This document shows positions 54,253-63,649 of a stretch of 64,000 nucleotides of DNA, piece after piece. Made by a program: the position numbers and the translations under genes. The DNA is from an uncultured virus (IMG/VR IMGVR_UViG_3300027628_000015). Taxonomy: Duplodnaviria > Heunggongvirae > Uroviricota > Caudoviricetes > Herelleviridae. Where the stretch lies: the IMG/VR virus record IMGVR_UViG_3300027628_000015, one strand, 5' to 3'. The notes below the pieces were generated by a model. That model saw only the letters and a program-made list of their open reading frames with translations. It searched no databases and was not told the origin of the DNA. Every line of letters starts with the position of its first letter. Position 1 is the stretch's first letter.

Positions 54253-55044
54253 ATGGCAGAAAAACCGGGCATTTTAGGTAACATGTCCACCGCTGGATTG
54301 CGTACAGATATGTTAGACGTAACAACTAGTTCCATGTCTATCCCTACCCTTTGGGAAAAGTCTTATCTCTGTCCTTGTAGACATAAAGCAACAAAGCAGC
54401 CTAATCAAGCTTGTAACAGATGCCACGGGAGAGGGATTGCATATCTCCCTCCCCAATCTGTAAAAATTATTATCCAATCCCAAGAGAAGGGTGTTTTTAA
54501 CGGTGACCTAGGCTTAATGGATGCAGGAACAGCTATTGGTACTCCAGCGGACAGAACATTTAGGGCAGCATTCAGAGATCGTATTACGGTCCCTACAGCG
54601 CTTGTATCACAGTCGTTCCTATTTGACGTTTCAGATAGACGCATAAAAAACGGATTCTATATGGTTTATGACGTTAAAGAGATTGAATTTGCTACTACAG
54701 TCGATTCAGAATTAGTTGAAGGTGTAGACTACACAATCGATATCCATAAAAATCTATTCTTCCCTAAAGAACATTTGGCAGGGAAAATGGTCTCTATTAA
54801 TATCTTAACAACCTTGCGCTATATGGTTGCCGATCTTCTCAAGGAACATCGTTATGCACCTGACCAAGCTAACAAGCTAGTAAGAACCCCTCAAAAACTA
54901 TTACTTAAACGAGAAGACTTGTTTATAGATAAGGAGTCGTTCGAGGTAGGCGTGAATGACGAAGAGGTAGGGGAAATGGTCGATACGAAGAGAAAACCTT
55001 CCACAGACGGGCTTAATGGCTTCTTTAGAAATGGTGGTAACTAA
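54253..55044 (+). CDS. head closure/neck protein
   Basis: WEKSYLCPC...C..CHGRG; synteny. Confidence 0.7.
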   Translation: MAEKPGILGNMSTAGLRTDMLDVTTSSMSIPTLWEKSYLCPCRHKATKQPNQACNRCHGRGIAYLPPQSVKIIIQSQEKGVFNGDLGLMDAGTAIGTPADRTFRAAFRDRITVPTALVSQSFLFDVSDRRIKNGFYMVYDVKEIEFATTVDSELVEGVDYTIDIHKNLFFPKEHLAGKMVSINILTTLRYMVADLLKEHRYAPDQANKLVRTPQKLLLKREDLFIDKESFEVGVNDEEVGEMVDTKRKPSTDGLNGFFRNGGN

Positions 55045-55667
55045 TGGGTAGAAAACCTAAGCTATTTCAAAGTAAGCAAAGTATTAAGTCCGCTATGGAG
55101 CGGATTGGTAATACATTAGTGGAGAAGACGTTAGATGCAGGAATGCAGGCAATTAAGGAGCAAAAGCCAGATAATATCAAAGCTAAACGTATGCCTAAGT
55201 ATTTGGAAGTTACAGAGGAACGTATGAACAAGCTAGGAGTTATTGACTTGAAACCTTTCTTTTCTAAAAGCTCACACAAGATTAGGAAGAAGGGTGGGGG
55301 CTGGTATATACGAGTACCTATTCCTAGACGAAAGAAGAATATGTCTAGCCGTATGTACAATCAGTTACGGTCTATTAATATAGCTCCAGACCAACAGCGT
55401 ACAGTCATCTCAGACTACCTATACGATAGAAGACGTGAATCAAGCTCCTCGATGCTCAACTATGAGCCAAAGAGTTATAATGTAAATAAGCAGCGTACAG
55501 GTAAGCGTAAGCATACGTACGTAGCATACAGAACTGTATCAAATGAATCTCCGCCGAGTAGCTGGATTTTAAATAGAGACAAGGTAAATGAATCCGATAC
55601 GTCTAAAACATTTATTAAGAATGTAGAACGATTAATGAAATGGAAGATGAAAAACGGGTGGGATTGA
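55044..55667 (+). CDS. neck/tail completion protein
   Basis: basic, Y..YRTVS..S...SW; synteny. Confidence 0.65.
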   Translation: MGRKPKLFQSKQSIKSAMERIGNTLVEKTLDAGMQAIKEQKPDNIKAKRMPKYLEVTEERMNKLGVIDLKPFFSKSSHKIRKKGGGWYIRVPIPRRKKNMSSRMYNQLRSINIAPDQQRTVISDYLYDRRRESSSSMLNYEPKSYNVNKQRTGKRKHTYVAYRTVSNESPPSSWILNRDKVNESDTSKTFIKNVERLMKWKMKNGWD

Positions 55668-55690
55668 TCAGTATAGGAGGGAAGTAAACC

Positions 55691-56539
55691 ATGCTACCTA
55701 GTATTGATACGTATTTATATAACGAATTAGAAGAGAAAATGCAAATTATCTTATCGAACCGCTATATTATAGAGGAAATATTAAAAAGCATTCAACCAGA
55801 TATAGCTAAGAACTTTATGAGGGCGTATACGGGCGATAACGCTAGAGAAATTCCTATCGTATACACAATGCCCCAAGATAAAGAAACCCAACAGGGGGCT
55901 ATCTATATCGGTCTTAGAGAAGGTGCAGAATCAAAGACAAGCCTAGGAAACATTGAAGGTATCTACGAATTTAAAGAAGATGGAATGGAAAGAGAATACT
56001 CTACCATTCAGGCAGAGGAAGGCAACAAACGCTGCTACTTCGAAGTTACATACAAGATCGGAGACCTAAACAATGTAGAGGGTATTGAGTTTGCACTAAG
56101 CGATAACGTTCATATTGAGCAGAATCGTATTTACTTTACTTACGACCCAGCACTAGTAGGAAGTACTCACAGAGTTAACTACATATCAGCAGCAGGAGAG
56201 GAAGTAGGTCTAAAAAAGGGTTTCACCGCTACAGAGATGTACTCCATTCTAGTTGTCTCAACCAATATGGATACAGTCCGATGTATTGACTTAATTGTAA
56301 AAGCTATATTGATTTTAATGCGTAGCAATGATGAAGAGCTTAGCAGCTTTTTACTACAAAAATTGCAGTTCGGTCAAATAGAGGAAGTTCCAGTAGGTAC
56401 AGATGACAACCCGGAGATTTTATATGGTAGAGAATCCATTGTAACTTACACAACCTCCTACAGTTTGGATGCTCCAATGCTAGATACAGTATTGAAGGAA
56501 ATTAATCTTAAAATTAACTACGATACGGAGGGACGTTAA
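55691..56539 (+). CDS. tail terminator/completion-like virion protein
   Basis: synteny before sheath. Confidence 0.6.
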   Translation: MLPSIDTYLYNELEEKMQIILSNRYIIEEILKSIQPDIAKNFMRAYTGDNAREIPIVYTMPQDKETQQGAIYIGLREGAESKTSLGNIEGIYEFKEDGMEREYSTIQAEEGNKRCYFEVTYKIGDLNNVEGIEFALSDNVHIEQNRIYFTYDPALVGSTHRVNYISAAGEEVGLKKGFTATEMYSILVVSTNMDTVRCIDLIVKAILILMRSNDEELSSFLLQKLQFGQIEEVPVGTDDNPEILYGRESIVTYTTSYSLDAPMLDTVLKEINLKINYDTEGR

Positions 56540-56540
56540 A

Positions 56541-56780
56541 ATGGCTGAAAAGAATAAAAAAGATGTAGAAGTTTCTGAGAAAAAGGAACAGGAGCAAAAA
56601 GAAGTAGAAGCTCCAAAACCTTATATCCATGTAGACACATTCTTACAAACTGCTATCCCGTTGTTTGGTTTATCTAAAGTACAGGCAGCAGGTTTTAAGG
56701 CTATGATGCAAGGTCGGCAGTACCAAACTGACGAGCAAGTATTCGTAGATGAGCTAAAGAAACACTTCAAAATTGACTAA
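56541..56780 (+). CDS. small conserved protein before tail sheath
   Basis: Y.HVDTFL...AGFKA. Confidence 0.7.
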   Translation: MAEKNKKDVEVSEKKEQEQKEVEAPKPYIHVDTFLQTAIPLFGLSKVQAAGFKAMMQGRQYQTDEQVFVDELKKHFKID

Positions 56781-56810
56781 ATTATTTAAGTAGAGAGGAT
56801 GACATAAATT

Positions 56811-58520
56811 ATGGCAACATCTTACGGTTTCGATCGTCAACGCCCAAGAACAGAAATTTTCTTGGATGCTAGTTCTTTAGGAGCTGCAAACACTCGTTCA
56901 GAAAAGCCTCTAGTGCTTATCGGTTCAGCTAATGGTGGAGAGCCAAACGTACCACACGTTATCTCTAACTTTGCTCAAGCTCGAGAATTATTCCGTAGTG
57001 GAGAGCTATTAGACGCAATCGAGATGGCATGGAACCCTTCTCCAAACATTTCAGGAGCAGGTAAAATCATTGCTATTCGTTCTGATCAAGCTACACAAGC
57101 AAAATTAACTCAAGGTGCTTTAACATTCACTTCTAAGCTTTACGGTGTGGACGCTAACTCTATTCAGGTAGAAATGGCAGACAATACGCTTACAGGCTCT
57201 AAACGTGTCTCTGTGTACTTCACAAAAGAGCGTTATGAAAAAGTGTATGATAACATCGGTAATATCTTCACTGTACGTTACACAGGTACAAGCGCTGTGG
57301 CTACAGTAGAGGTACAAGTAGATTCTTCTTCTAAATTAGCTACTAAGTTAATTCTTAAAGCTGGTGCAGACGCAGGAAGCGCTACTGCTGTTCGTACGTA
57401 CGAGCTAGGAGTAGGTGTTTATGAAGACGTTCACGTACTAGTAAACGATATCAATAACCTGCCAGATTTCGAAGCTAAGATGATTGTGCTAGGTGGTAAC
57501 AAAAACATCGATACACAATATCTTGATGCTCTACCAGCAGGCGATATCAAAGGTAAAGACGTAACTGTAAAAGCTATCGGTGCAGATTTACAAGCGCAAT
57601 TAGCTAATGATAGCTATGTAGAGGTTAGTGTAGATCGTACTCAAGCAGTACCAGCTACAGTTACACTTTCTAGCTTATCAGGTGCAAAAACAGAACCAGC
57701 TCCTGCTTCATGGGCTAGCCTATACGAAGCAATCAATGGTTTAGATGCTTACTACATTACGCCTCTAACATCTGATGCAGCTATCCACGGAGAGCTTTCT
57801 CAGTATTTAAGAGACGAGTCTAATGCTGGTATGCATCAACGAGGAATTGTTGGTGGAGGATTAGGAGAGTCTGAAGACGAACTTCGTTCTCGTCAAATGA
57901 ACCTTCGTAATTCCCGTGTAGGAGTAGTAGGTGACTCAGGTACACGCCGTATGGCAGATGGACGAGTTTATAACTTCCCTGCTTACATGTACGCTGCGTT
58001 AGTTGCAGGTATCGCTAGTGGACTAGAAATCGGAGAGCCATTGACTTACAAAAAAGTCAACATCGAAGGTCTAGACCGCAAGTTTACTGGAGATCAGCTT
58101 GACCAATTAAACAACTCAGGAATCATCATGACGGAGTTTGTACGTACTCGTACGTCATCTCACTTCCGTATTGTATCTGACCCAACTACTTACAATGTAT
58201 CCACTGAGCCAGTACAAAACCGTATCTCTTTAGGAGAGGTTTCTGACTTCTTAACTACAGAGCTTCGTGAAGTACTGGATAACGAGTTTATTGGTACACG
58301 TATCCGTAGCACTTCAGCTTCTATCATCAAAAACCGTGTTGAGTCTTTCCTAGATCAACAAAAGAAAGTTAACGGTCTAATTGTTGATTATAGCCCGGAT
58401 GACGTACAAGTTGTTATCTCTGGTAACACAGCTCGTATCAACTTGACAGTTCAACCTTCTCAAGGTCTAGATTTCATCAACGTGTTTATCACATACGAGG
58501 ATAATGAACTAACAGCTTAA
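56811..58520 (+). CDS. contractile tail sheath protein
   Basis: RP.TEI...IGSA.GG.P, FRSGELLDAIE.AW. Confidence 0.95.
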   Translation: MATSYGFDRQRPRTEIFLDASSLGAANTRSEKPLVLIGSANGGEPNVPHVISNFAQARELFRSGELLDAIEMAWNPSPNISGAGKIIAIRSDQATQAKLTQGALTFTSKLYGVDANSIQVEMADNTLTGSKRVSVYFTKERYEKVYDNIGNIFTVRYTGTSAVATVEVQVDSSSKLATKLILKAGADAGSATAVRTYELGVGVYEDVHVLVNDINNLPDFEAKMIVLGGNKNIDTQYLDALPAGDIKGKDVTVKAIGADLQAQLANDSYVEVSVDRTQAVPATVTLSSLSGAKTEPAPASWASLYEAINGLDAYYITPLTSDAAIHGELSQYLRDESNAGMHQRGIVGGGLGESEDELRSRQMNLRNSRVGVVGDSGTRRMADGRVYNFPAYMYAALVAGIASGLEIGEPLTYKKVNIEGLDRKFTGDQLDQLNNSGIIMTEFVRTRTSSHFRIVSDPTTYNVSTEPVQNRISLGEVSDFLTTELREVLDNEFIGTRIRSTSASIIKNRVESFLDQQKKVNGLIVDYSPDDVQVVISGNTARINLTVQPSQGLDFINVFITYEDNELTA

Positions 58521-58586
58521 TAGATTTAACACAAAGTAGGAGGTAAAATCTCCTACTAATTTACTAAAGAATTGGAGTGAAATTGG

Positions 58587-59012
58587 ATGGCATCTGTAAC
58601 TAACCAGACAGTACAATCCGCTAATACGGTTTACTTTATGATCAAGAATGTGCCGATTGCTCGAGCTCAATCAATTTCTGCGGAACGTAGTTTCGGTACT
58701 ACAGGGGTATACCAAATCGGTTCTATCATGCCTCAAGAGCACGTTTACTTGAGATATGAGGGTTCTGTAACAGTAGAACGTTTCCGTATGAAGAAAGAAA
58801 ACTTAGCTTCTCTAGGCTTTGCGGCTTTAGGAGAAGAAGTTCTAAAAATGGATATTATGGACATCGTATTATATGACAACTACACTCAGGAAGTCGTGGT
58901 AGCCTACCGAGGCTGTAGTATTGATACGTATAGTGAAAGTACAAGTGTTGGAGAAATCTCATCTGAGAGTGCTCGTTTCTACTTCCTAACTTCTGCTAAC
59001 GTACGAGGATAA
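58587..59012 (+). CDS. tail tube protein
   Basis: QTVQSANTV...RSFGTTGVYQIGSIMPQEHVYLRYEG. Confidence 0.93.
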   Translation: MASVTNQTVQSANTVYFMIKNVPIARAQSISAERSFGTTGVYQIGSIMPQEHVYLRYEGSVTVERFRMKKENLASLGFAALGEEVLKMDIMDIVLYDNYTQEVVVAYRGCSIDTYSESTSVGEISSESARFYFLTSANVRG

Positions 59013-59014
59013 TA

Positions 59015-59038
59015 GAGAACCCTTCGGGGTTCTTTTTT
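59015..59038 (+). terminator. intrinsic terminator
   Basis: AGAACCC-TTCG-GGGTTCT-TTTT. Confidence 0.9.
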
Positions 59039-59092
59039 ACTATACAAATGCTATATTATACAGGTACTACATAAAAGAACGGAGGTAAAATA

Positions 59093-60685
59093 ATGTCAAA
59101 TAACATTAGAGATAACATCTATGAGTCTTTTCCAGACCCTAATAGAAAAATAGAGGCTCTTCAAAAAGATGTAGATAGCTACAACGACCAATTACAAGAT
59201 ATTGCTGTAAATATTAAAAAGTTCCCAAGGGAAGCAGGGGAGACAGATGATACCAATAGATTTAAACGTGCTATTGACTATTTATCATCTCTAGGTGGAG
59301 GGACATTAAACCTGAGATTAGAGAAATATTCCCTTAATAGCTTTACTATCCCTGAGAGTGTGACTATTAAAGGTATCTCTAATAAAGACCCGTGGAAAAC
59401 AACAAAGACAAGTATCTTAGAATTTATCGGAACGGCTACTAGCGTTTTTATTGACATAAACTCTTATCATAACAGGAGAGCTAGACTACTAAATGTAAAT
59501 GTAGTGAATAAGAACTCAAGTAGAACAAATTCCGTGACTGCTGTAAGGGTTAAGCTAGCTACTAACTTGTGGGGGGCGGCAGCAGACATCGAGAAGAATA
59601 CATTTTACGGTTTTGGTAAGGCTATTCTACATCAAATGACATACCAAAGTTTAGTAAACAGTTGTCAGATGTGGGAGTGTGGCACAGCAATCTCATTCAA
59701 CCCGAAAGTTGAAGGCGCTACACAAACTCCAGCATCTTCATTCGGTAACGTCAATCTTGTAGAAAAAACAAATGCAATACAATGTAACATCGGTATTGAG
59801 TTTGCAGGGGATACACTAAATACTGTAAGAAACTGTGACTTTGAAAAATGTTACGTTGGTATCTATACACATGCATTAGGTGGTGGATTTAATAAGCCGC
59901 AGCAACATGTTTTTGAGAATTGTTGGTTTGAGCGTAATGGGTGGGCAAGTGACGCTGATTATACTAATAACGTTAGTCCACGTTACCTAATCTGTAACTC
60001 AGATATGGATGCTAATTTTAATGCATTAGGGACAAATGTAGCTGAAATCCCTAAATTTATTAACTGTCGTGACGATTTCAACGTTTTCCCTCAAGTCCCT
60101 AATCATAATACAAACTACCAAATCTATACAATTAGAGATGAGGGAACAACAAAAAGATACGCTACAGATGACACGATCTTAAACATGTATAAGCTACCTA
60201 GTTATTTGATGTATCGAACTACAGCCGGTAAGAATAATGCATGGAGAGATACTTTTTCAGTAGGGAATAAGGGAACAGTGGCAAAGCTTAACTTTAATGG
60301 ATATGAATATCGAGACGATACAGCTAAGACAGGAGCAAGAACATACACAATAGATTATTCATCCATTGTTAAAGCAGACCCTTCAGTAACTCAAAATGTT
60401 TTCTCTAGTACAGCGATTGTAACTGTATTTGCTAGACGAGTAGGTTATGGAACATATACAGCTATGTTTATGTTAACTGACATCGATGAGAATACAGCAC
60501 CGTATATTTTAAAGATGGGCGAAGATAATGCTGCCTCTATTCTATCTAGCTGTGCTATAACTTCATCTATTGTAAGTCAAGCCAAACAGCTAAGTATAAA
60601 TCTAACAGGCGTTACAGATACGGTTATCGTAAAAATAAACTATCTACCTAATGGGTTAATGAGGGGAGCAGGAACTCCTAGTTAA
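59093..60685 (+). CDS. second beta-helix (pectate lyase 3-like) tailspike/depolymerase
   Basis: VNIKKF...ETDDT.RFKRAID...GGGTL cap; late-promoter motif at 59051-59058. Confidence 0.75.
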   Translation: MSNNIRDNIYESFPDPNRKIEALQKDVDSYNDQLQDIAVNIKKFPREAGETDDTNRFKRAIDYLSSLGGGTLNLRLEKYSLNSFTIPESVTIKGISNKDPWKTTKTSILEFIGTATSVFIDINSYHNRRARLLNVNVVNKNSSRTNSVTAVRVKLATNLWGAAADIEKNTFYGFGKAILHQMTYQSLVNSCQMWECGTAISFNPKVEGATQTPASSFGNVNLVEKTNAIQCNIGIEFAGDTLNTVRNCDFEKCYVGIYTHALGGGFNKPQQHVFENCWFERNGWASDADYTNNVSPRYLICNSDMDANFNALGTNVAEIPKFINCRDDFNVFPQVPNHNTNYQIYTIRDEGTTKRYATDDTILNMYKLPSYLMYRTTAGKNNAWRDTFSVGNKGTVAKLNFNGYEYRDDTAKTGARTYTIDYSSIVKADPSVTQNVFSSTAIVTVFARRVGYGTYTAMFMLTDIDENTAPYILKMGEDNAASILSSCAITSSIVSQAKQLSINLTGVTDTVIVKINYLPNGLMRGAGTPS

Positions 60686-60742
60686 CCAAGTTTAAGGCAT
60701 CCGAAAGGGTGTCTTTTTTTTTCTTTATAACTCTTCCTATAT

Positions 60743-60759
60743 ATTACAGTTAGTTTACA
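60743..60759 (-). promoter_or_regulatory. WalR (YycF) box
   Basis: TGTAAA-CTAAC-TGTAAT = TGTWAH-N5-TGTWAH. Confidence 0.65.
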
Positions 60760-60839
60760 ATACTGTAACATTCCGGGTTTTTGCTATAAAGTGTGTTACA
60801 TTAGTATAGTAATGGAAACCAGAGAGGGGAAAGAAAATT

Positions 60840-61439
60840 ATGGGACTTAAGAAGCTTTTAGTAACAGGCGTAGCTACGTGTGGGCTATTACTTGGTGGAG
60901 GTATTGCCGCTAGCGCAGCTGAAAATCAGAGTGTAGTAGACTATTTATATGTAAAAGGTGAAGATTATAGATTTAACCACCGTGCAGAATTAGCAGGTCA
61001 ATACGGTATCACAGGATATAAAGGTACCGCTGATCAAAATATTGCTTTACTAGGAAAATTACAAGGAACTCCAGTTGCTGCTCCTGCTCAAACACAAGAG
61101 GCAGCTCCAGCAGTTAAAGCAGCTACAACTACAGAAGCACAACCTAGCGGAAAAACTATGACAATGACCGCTACAGCATATACAGCAAATTGCGCTGGAT
61201 GTTCAGGGGTTACATATACAGGTATCAACCTAAAAGCTAATCCGAACCAAAAGGTAATTGCAGTGGACCCTAGAGTAATTCCTTTAGGTTCTAAAGTTTA
61301 TGTAGAAGGATACGGAACAGCTATCGCAGCTGACACAGGCGGAGCAATTAAAGGTAATCGGATTGATCTTTTCATTGCTAGCCAATCAGCAGCTATGGCA
61401 TATGGAATTAAAACAGTAAAGGTGACAATCCTTAATTAA
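60840..61439 (+). CDS. secreted 3D-domain (YocH-like) cell-wall protein with DUF3597-like domain
   Basis: signal peptide ending ASA; ATAYT...IAVDPRVIPLGS...AADTGGAIKGNRIDLF. Confidence 0.92.
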   Translation: MGLKKLLVTGVATCGLLLGGGIAASAAENQSVVDYLYVKGEDYRFNHRAELAGQYGITGYKGTADQNIALLGKLQGTPVAAPAQTQEAAPAVKAATTTEAQPSGKTMTMTATAYTANCAGCSGVTYTGINLKANPNQKVIAVDPRVIPLGSKVYVEGYGTAIAADTGGAIKGNRIDLFIASQSAAMAYGIKTVKVTILN

Positions 61440-61489
61440 TAGAGAAGACATCCGAGAGGGTGTCTTTTTTTTATGTTTAAAATTTGTAG

Positions 61490-61518
61490 TTGACTTAAAG
61501 AAAATCTAGTTTTATACT
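61490..61518 (+). promoter_or_regulatory. sigmaA promoter inside tail module
   Basis: TTGACT-17-TATACT after terminator at about 61446-61472. Confidence 0.8.
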
Positions 61519-61550
61519 AAAGTTGCAAATATTTAATAGGAGTTGTTGAC

Positions 61551-61715
61551 ATGGCACTTAAAGAGAAACTTACTGACGAACTAATGGAGCAGTTTGCGGA
61601 AGAGTTCCGTAGATTACGTGAAATGACGTTCGAGCAGTATGTAGCTGAGCAAATGCGATTAAGGGAATTAGAACACACGAAACTTGAAAAGTTAAAAAAT
61701 GGATGGGGGAACTAA
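61551..61715 (+). CDS. small helical protein (54 aa, not in ORF track)
   Basis: ATG after AGGAG; MALKEKLTDELMEQFAEEFRR... Confidence 0.7.
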   Translation: MALKEKLTDELMEQFAEEFRRLREMTFEQYVAEQMRLRELEHTKLEKLKNGWGN

Positions 61716-61718
61716 CAA

Positions 61719-62417
61719 ATGAGTATAACATTTACTGAAAGAAAAGCATTAGAGGAATATATCGAATACATTAAAGAAGAGAGAGCTCGACAAGAAGCTA
61801 GACATGCGGAACAAATGGACAAGTTAATGGACGAGTATAAATCTACTATCCAACGTTTAAGTAAATTAGATGAGATCGATAACGTACATCCCATTCAAGC
61901 AGCAGTCGTTACTCCAACTAAAACAACTTCTAAAGAAGATATCGTAAAATTAATTGAAGAGTCTGAAGAGGAAGAACAGGTAAAAGACCCGGAGCCAGAA
62001 GTAAAGGAAGTCACTCAGGTCCCAAATGAACCTAAGCAAGAACAAACTAAAGAGGAATCATTAGCTGAGGCAGTGGAACGTTTTAACAAACGATTCTTCG
62101 AACCGTTAAAAGAAGAGATTGACAATAAGCCAATCAATTATGATTCAGCAAAAGAAGCAGTAAAGGAACATGAGTATAAAAAATCTCGTAAATATCGTTC
62201 AAGAACATCTTCTCAGAGGGATGTACGGACAATCACTACGGAAATTGTTTCCTATTTAAAACAGGCTGGCATTCCTATTAAAACTTCTCAAATTATTAAA
62301 CATTTAAAAAACAAGGGTCATAAGATGTCTTCACCTTATGCACTCATTTATCAAGCAAAAAATTATGACCCAAAAATTCAATCTGCTGGTTTTGGTTACT
62401 ACCAGTACAAATTTTAA
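61719..62417 (+). CDS. Rok-like protein (N-terminal coiled coil plus C-terminal winged helix)
   Basis: F.ER.AL...L..LD N-terminus and LK....IK.S.....P......G.Y C-terminus resemble B. subtilis Rok. Confidence 0.65.
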   Translation: MSITFTERKALEEYIEYIKEERARQEARHAEQMDKLMDEYKSTIQRLSKLDEIDNVHPIQAAVVTPTKTTSKEDIVKLIEESEEEEQVKDPEPEVKEVTQVPNEPKQEQTKEESLAEAVERFNKRFFEPLKEEIDNKPINYDSAKEAVKEHEYKKSRKYRSRTSSQRDVRTITTEIVSYLKQAGIPIKTSQIIKHLKNKGHKMSSPYALIYQAKNYDPKIQSAGFGYYQYKF

Positions 62418-62519
62418 GCTGCTACTCATGTAGTAGCTTTTTTCTATGCTATAATAAAGATAGATTAACTAAGTACTGCTATATTACTAGTAGAGACTAA
62501 TACATAGGAGGATTGAAAA

Positions 62520-62948
62520 ATGTCTGAAAATTATGAAAACCAGATCGAGGACTTAATGCCTAAACAAGACCTTACCCCTGAAGAACGTGAAGCAAACTTA
62601 AGCTTACAGAAGAAGAAAGCAGTAGATCGTATCGTCCGAGGAGTAAATGATACGTTTATTAAAGATTATACATTTGAAGATTTAGACTTAAAATTCACTA
62701 TTAAAATTAAAGCGCCTAACGCATTAGATATCGGTAAAATTCAAGCCCGTGCAGCTGCTTACTTAGGTGGAATGAATACATACCTAGATAACTACACAAA
62801 CACAGTGTATCAAACTCTAGCAACAATTCGTACCACAGGAATTGAAGTACCAAAAGTATTAGCAAATGACGAGGACATATATAATCTAGATATTCTATTT
62901 CAGATTGGGGTCGATTTCAAGCAGTGGCTTGACAACTTTCGACTTTGA
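62520..62948 (+). CDS. tail assembly chaperone
   Basis: position before tape measure; late-promoter motif at 62479. Confidence 0.8.
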   Translation: MSENYENQIEDLMPKQDLTPEEREANLSLQKKKAVDRIVRGVNDTFIKDYTFEDLDLKFTIKIKAPNALDIGKIQARAAAYLGGMNTYLDNYTNTVYQTLATIRTTGIEVPKVLANDEDIYNLDILFQIGVDFKQWLDNFRL

Positions 62949-63588
62949 GATAGAGAAGCTTGGTGGATTAAAAGCGCTATCTCGGACTCCATATATGCGG
63001 AACTTGTGGGCACTAATGAAGACTTTCAATACAATGCCTACAAACCCGGATTTTCTTGCTTTAACAGATAGGCAAGTAGATTTAATGATCTATTCATTAA
63101 ATGAAGATCACAGAGAAATGGAGCTTGCTCGTAAAGGACTTACTGTTGATTCTGAACACTACGATTCTAACTTTGAAGAAGAAGTATGGAACAGACAAGT
63201 CGGTGATTGGGAAATTCTTAAAGATGGACATGACCCTGATGATATTGCTAGACAGGTGGAAGAGCTTACTCGAGCTGAAGATCGTAAGAACCTCGCAATG
63301 AAATTTGACAGCCTAGAAGAGTATAACGATTACTTAGCCGCAGGTGGAAAAACAGTTCGTGAGACTGAAGTAGAGCAATATATTAACAAACAAATCCAAG
63401 CAGCAGAAGAAATGGCTCGAAGACTTTCAGCAACAGGAGAAAAGAAAAAACTTGTGGACGATCAAGATAGACCTGAGACAGATTCAGCTCTTAGTGATCA
63501 TTTACCTGACATTGATAAAGCAGCGATTGACAAATCGATTGCCCTATTTAATGCTCAAGATGATGATGACGATTTTAGTGCTTTGTAA
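62938..63588 (+). CDS. tail assembly chaperone C-terminal extension (+1 frameshift)
   Basis: overlapping +1 frame, TTT CGA CTT TGA at junction, no good RBS. Confidence 0.7.
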   Translation, partial: FDFEIEKLGGLKALSRTPYMRNLWALMKTFNTMPTNPDFLALTDRQVDLMIYSLNEDHREMELARKGLTVDSEHYDSNFEEEVWNRQVGDWEILKDGHDPDDIARQVEELTRAEDRKNLAMKFDSLEEYNDYLAAGGKTVRETEVEQYINKQIQAAEEMARRLSATGEKKKLVDDQDRPETDSALSDHLPDIDKAAIDKSIALFNAQDDDDDFSAL

Positions 63589-63649
63589 AGGGGTAGGAGT
63601 TCAACTCCTGCTCCATTTTTTATAATGATGAAGGGAGAGTGATTTACAC

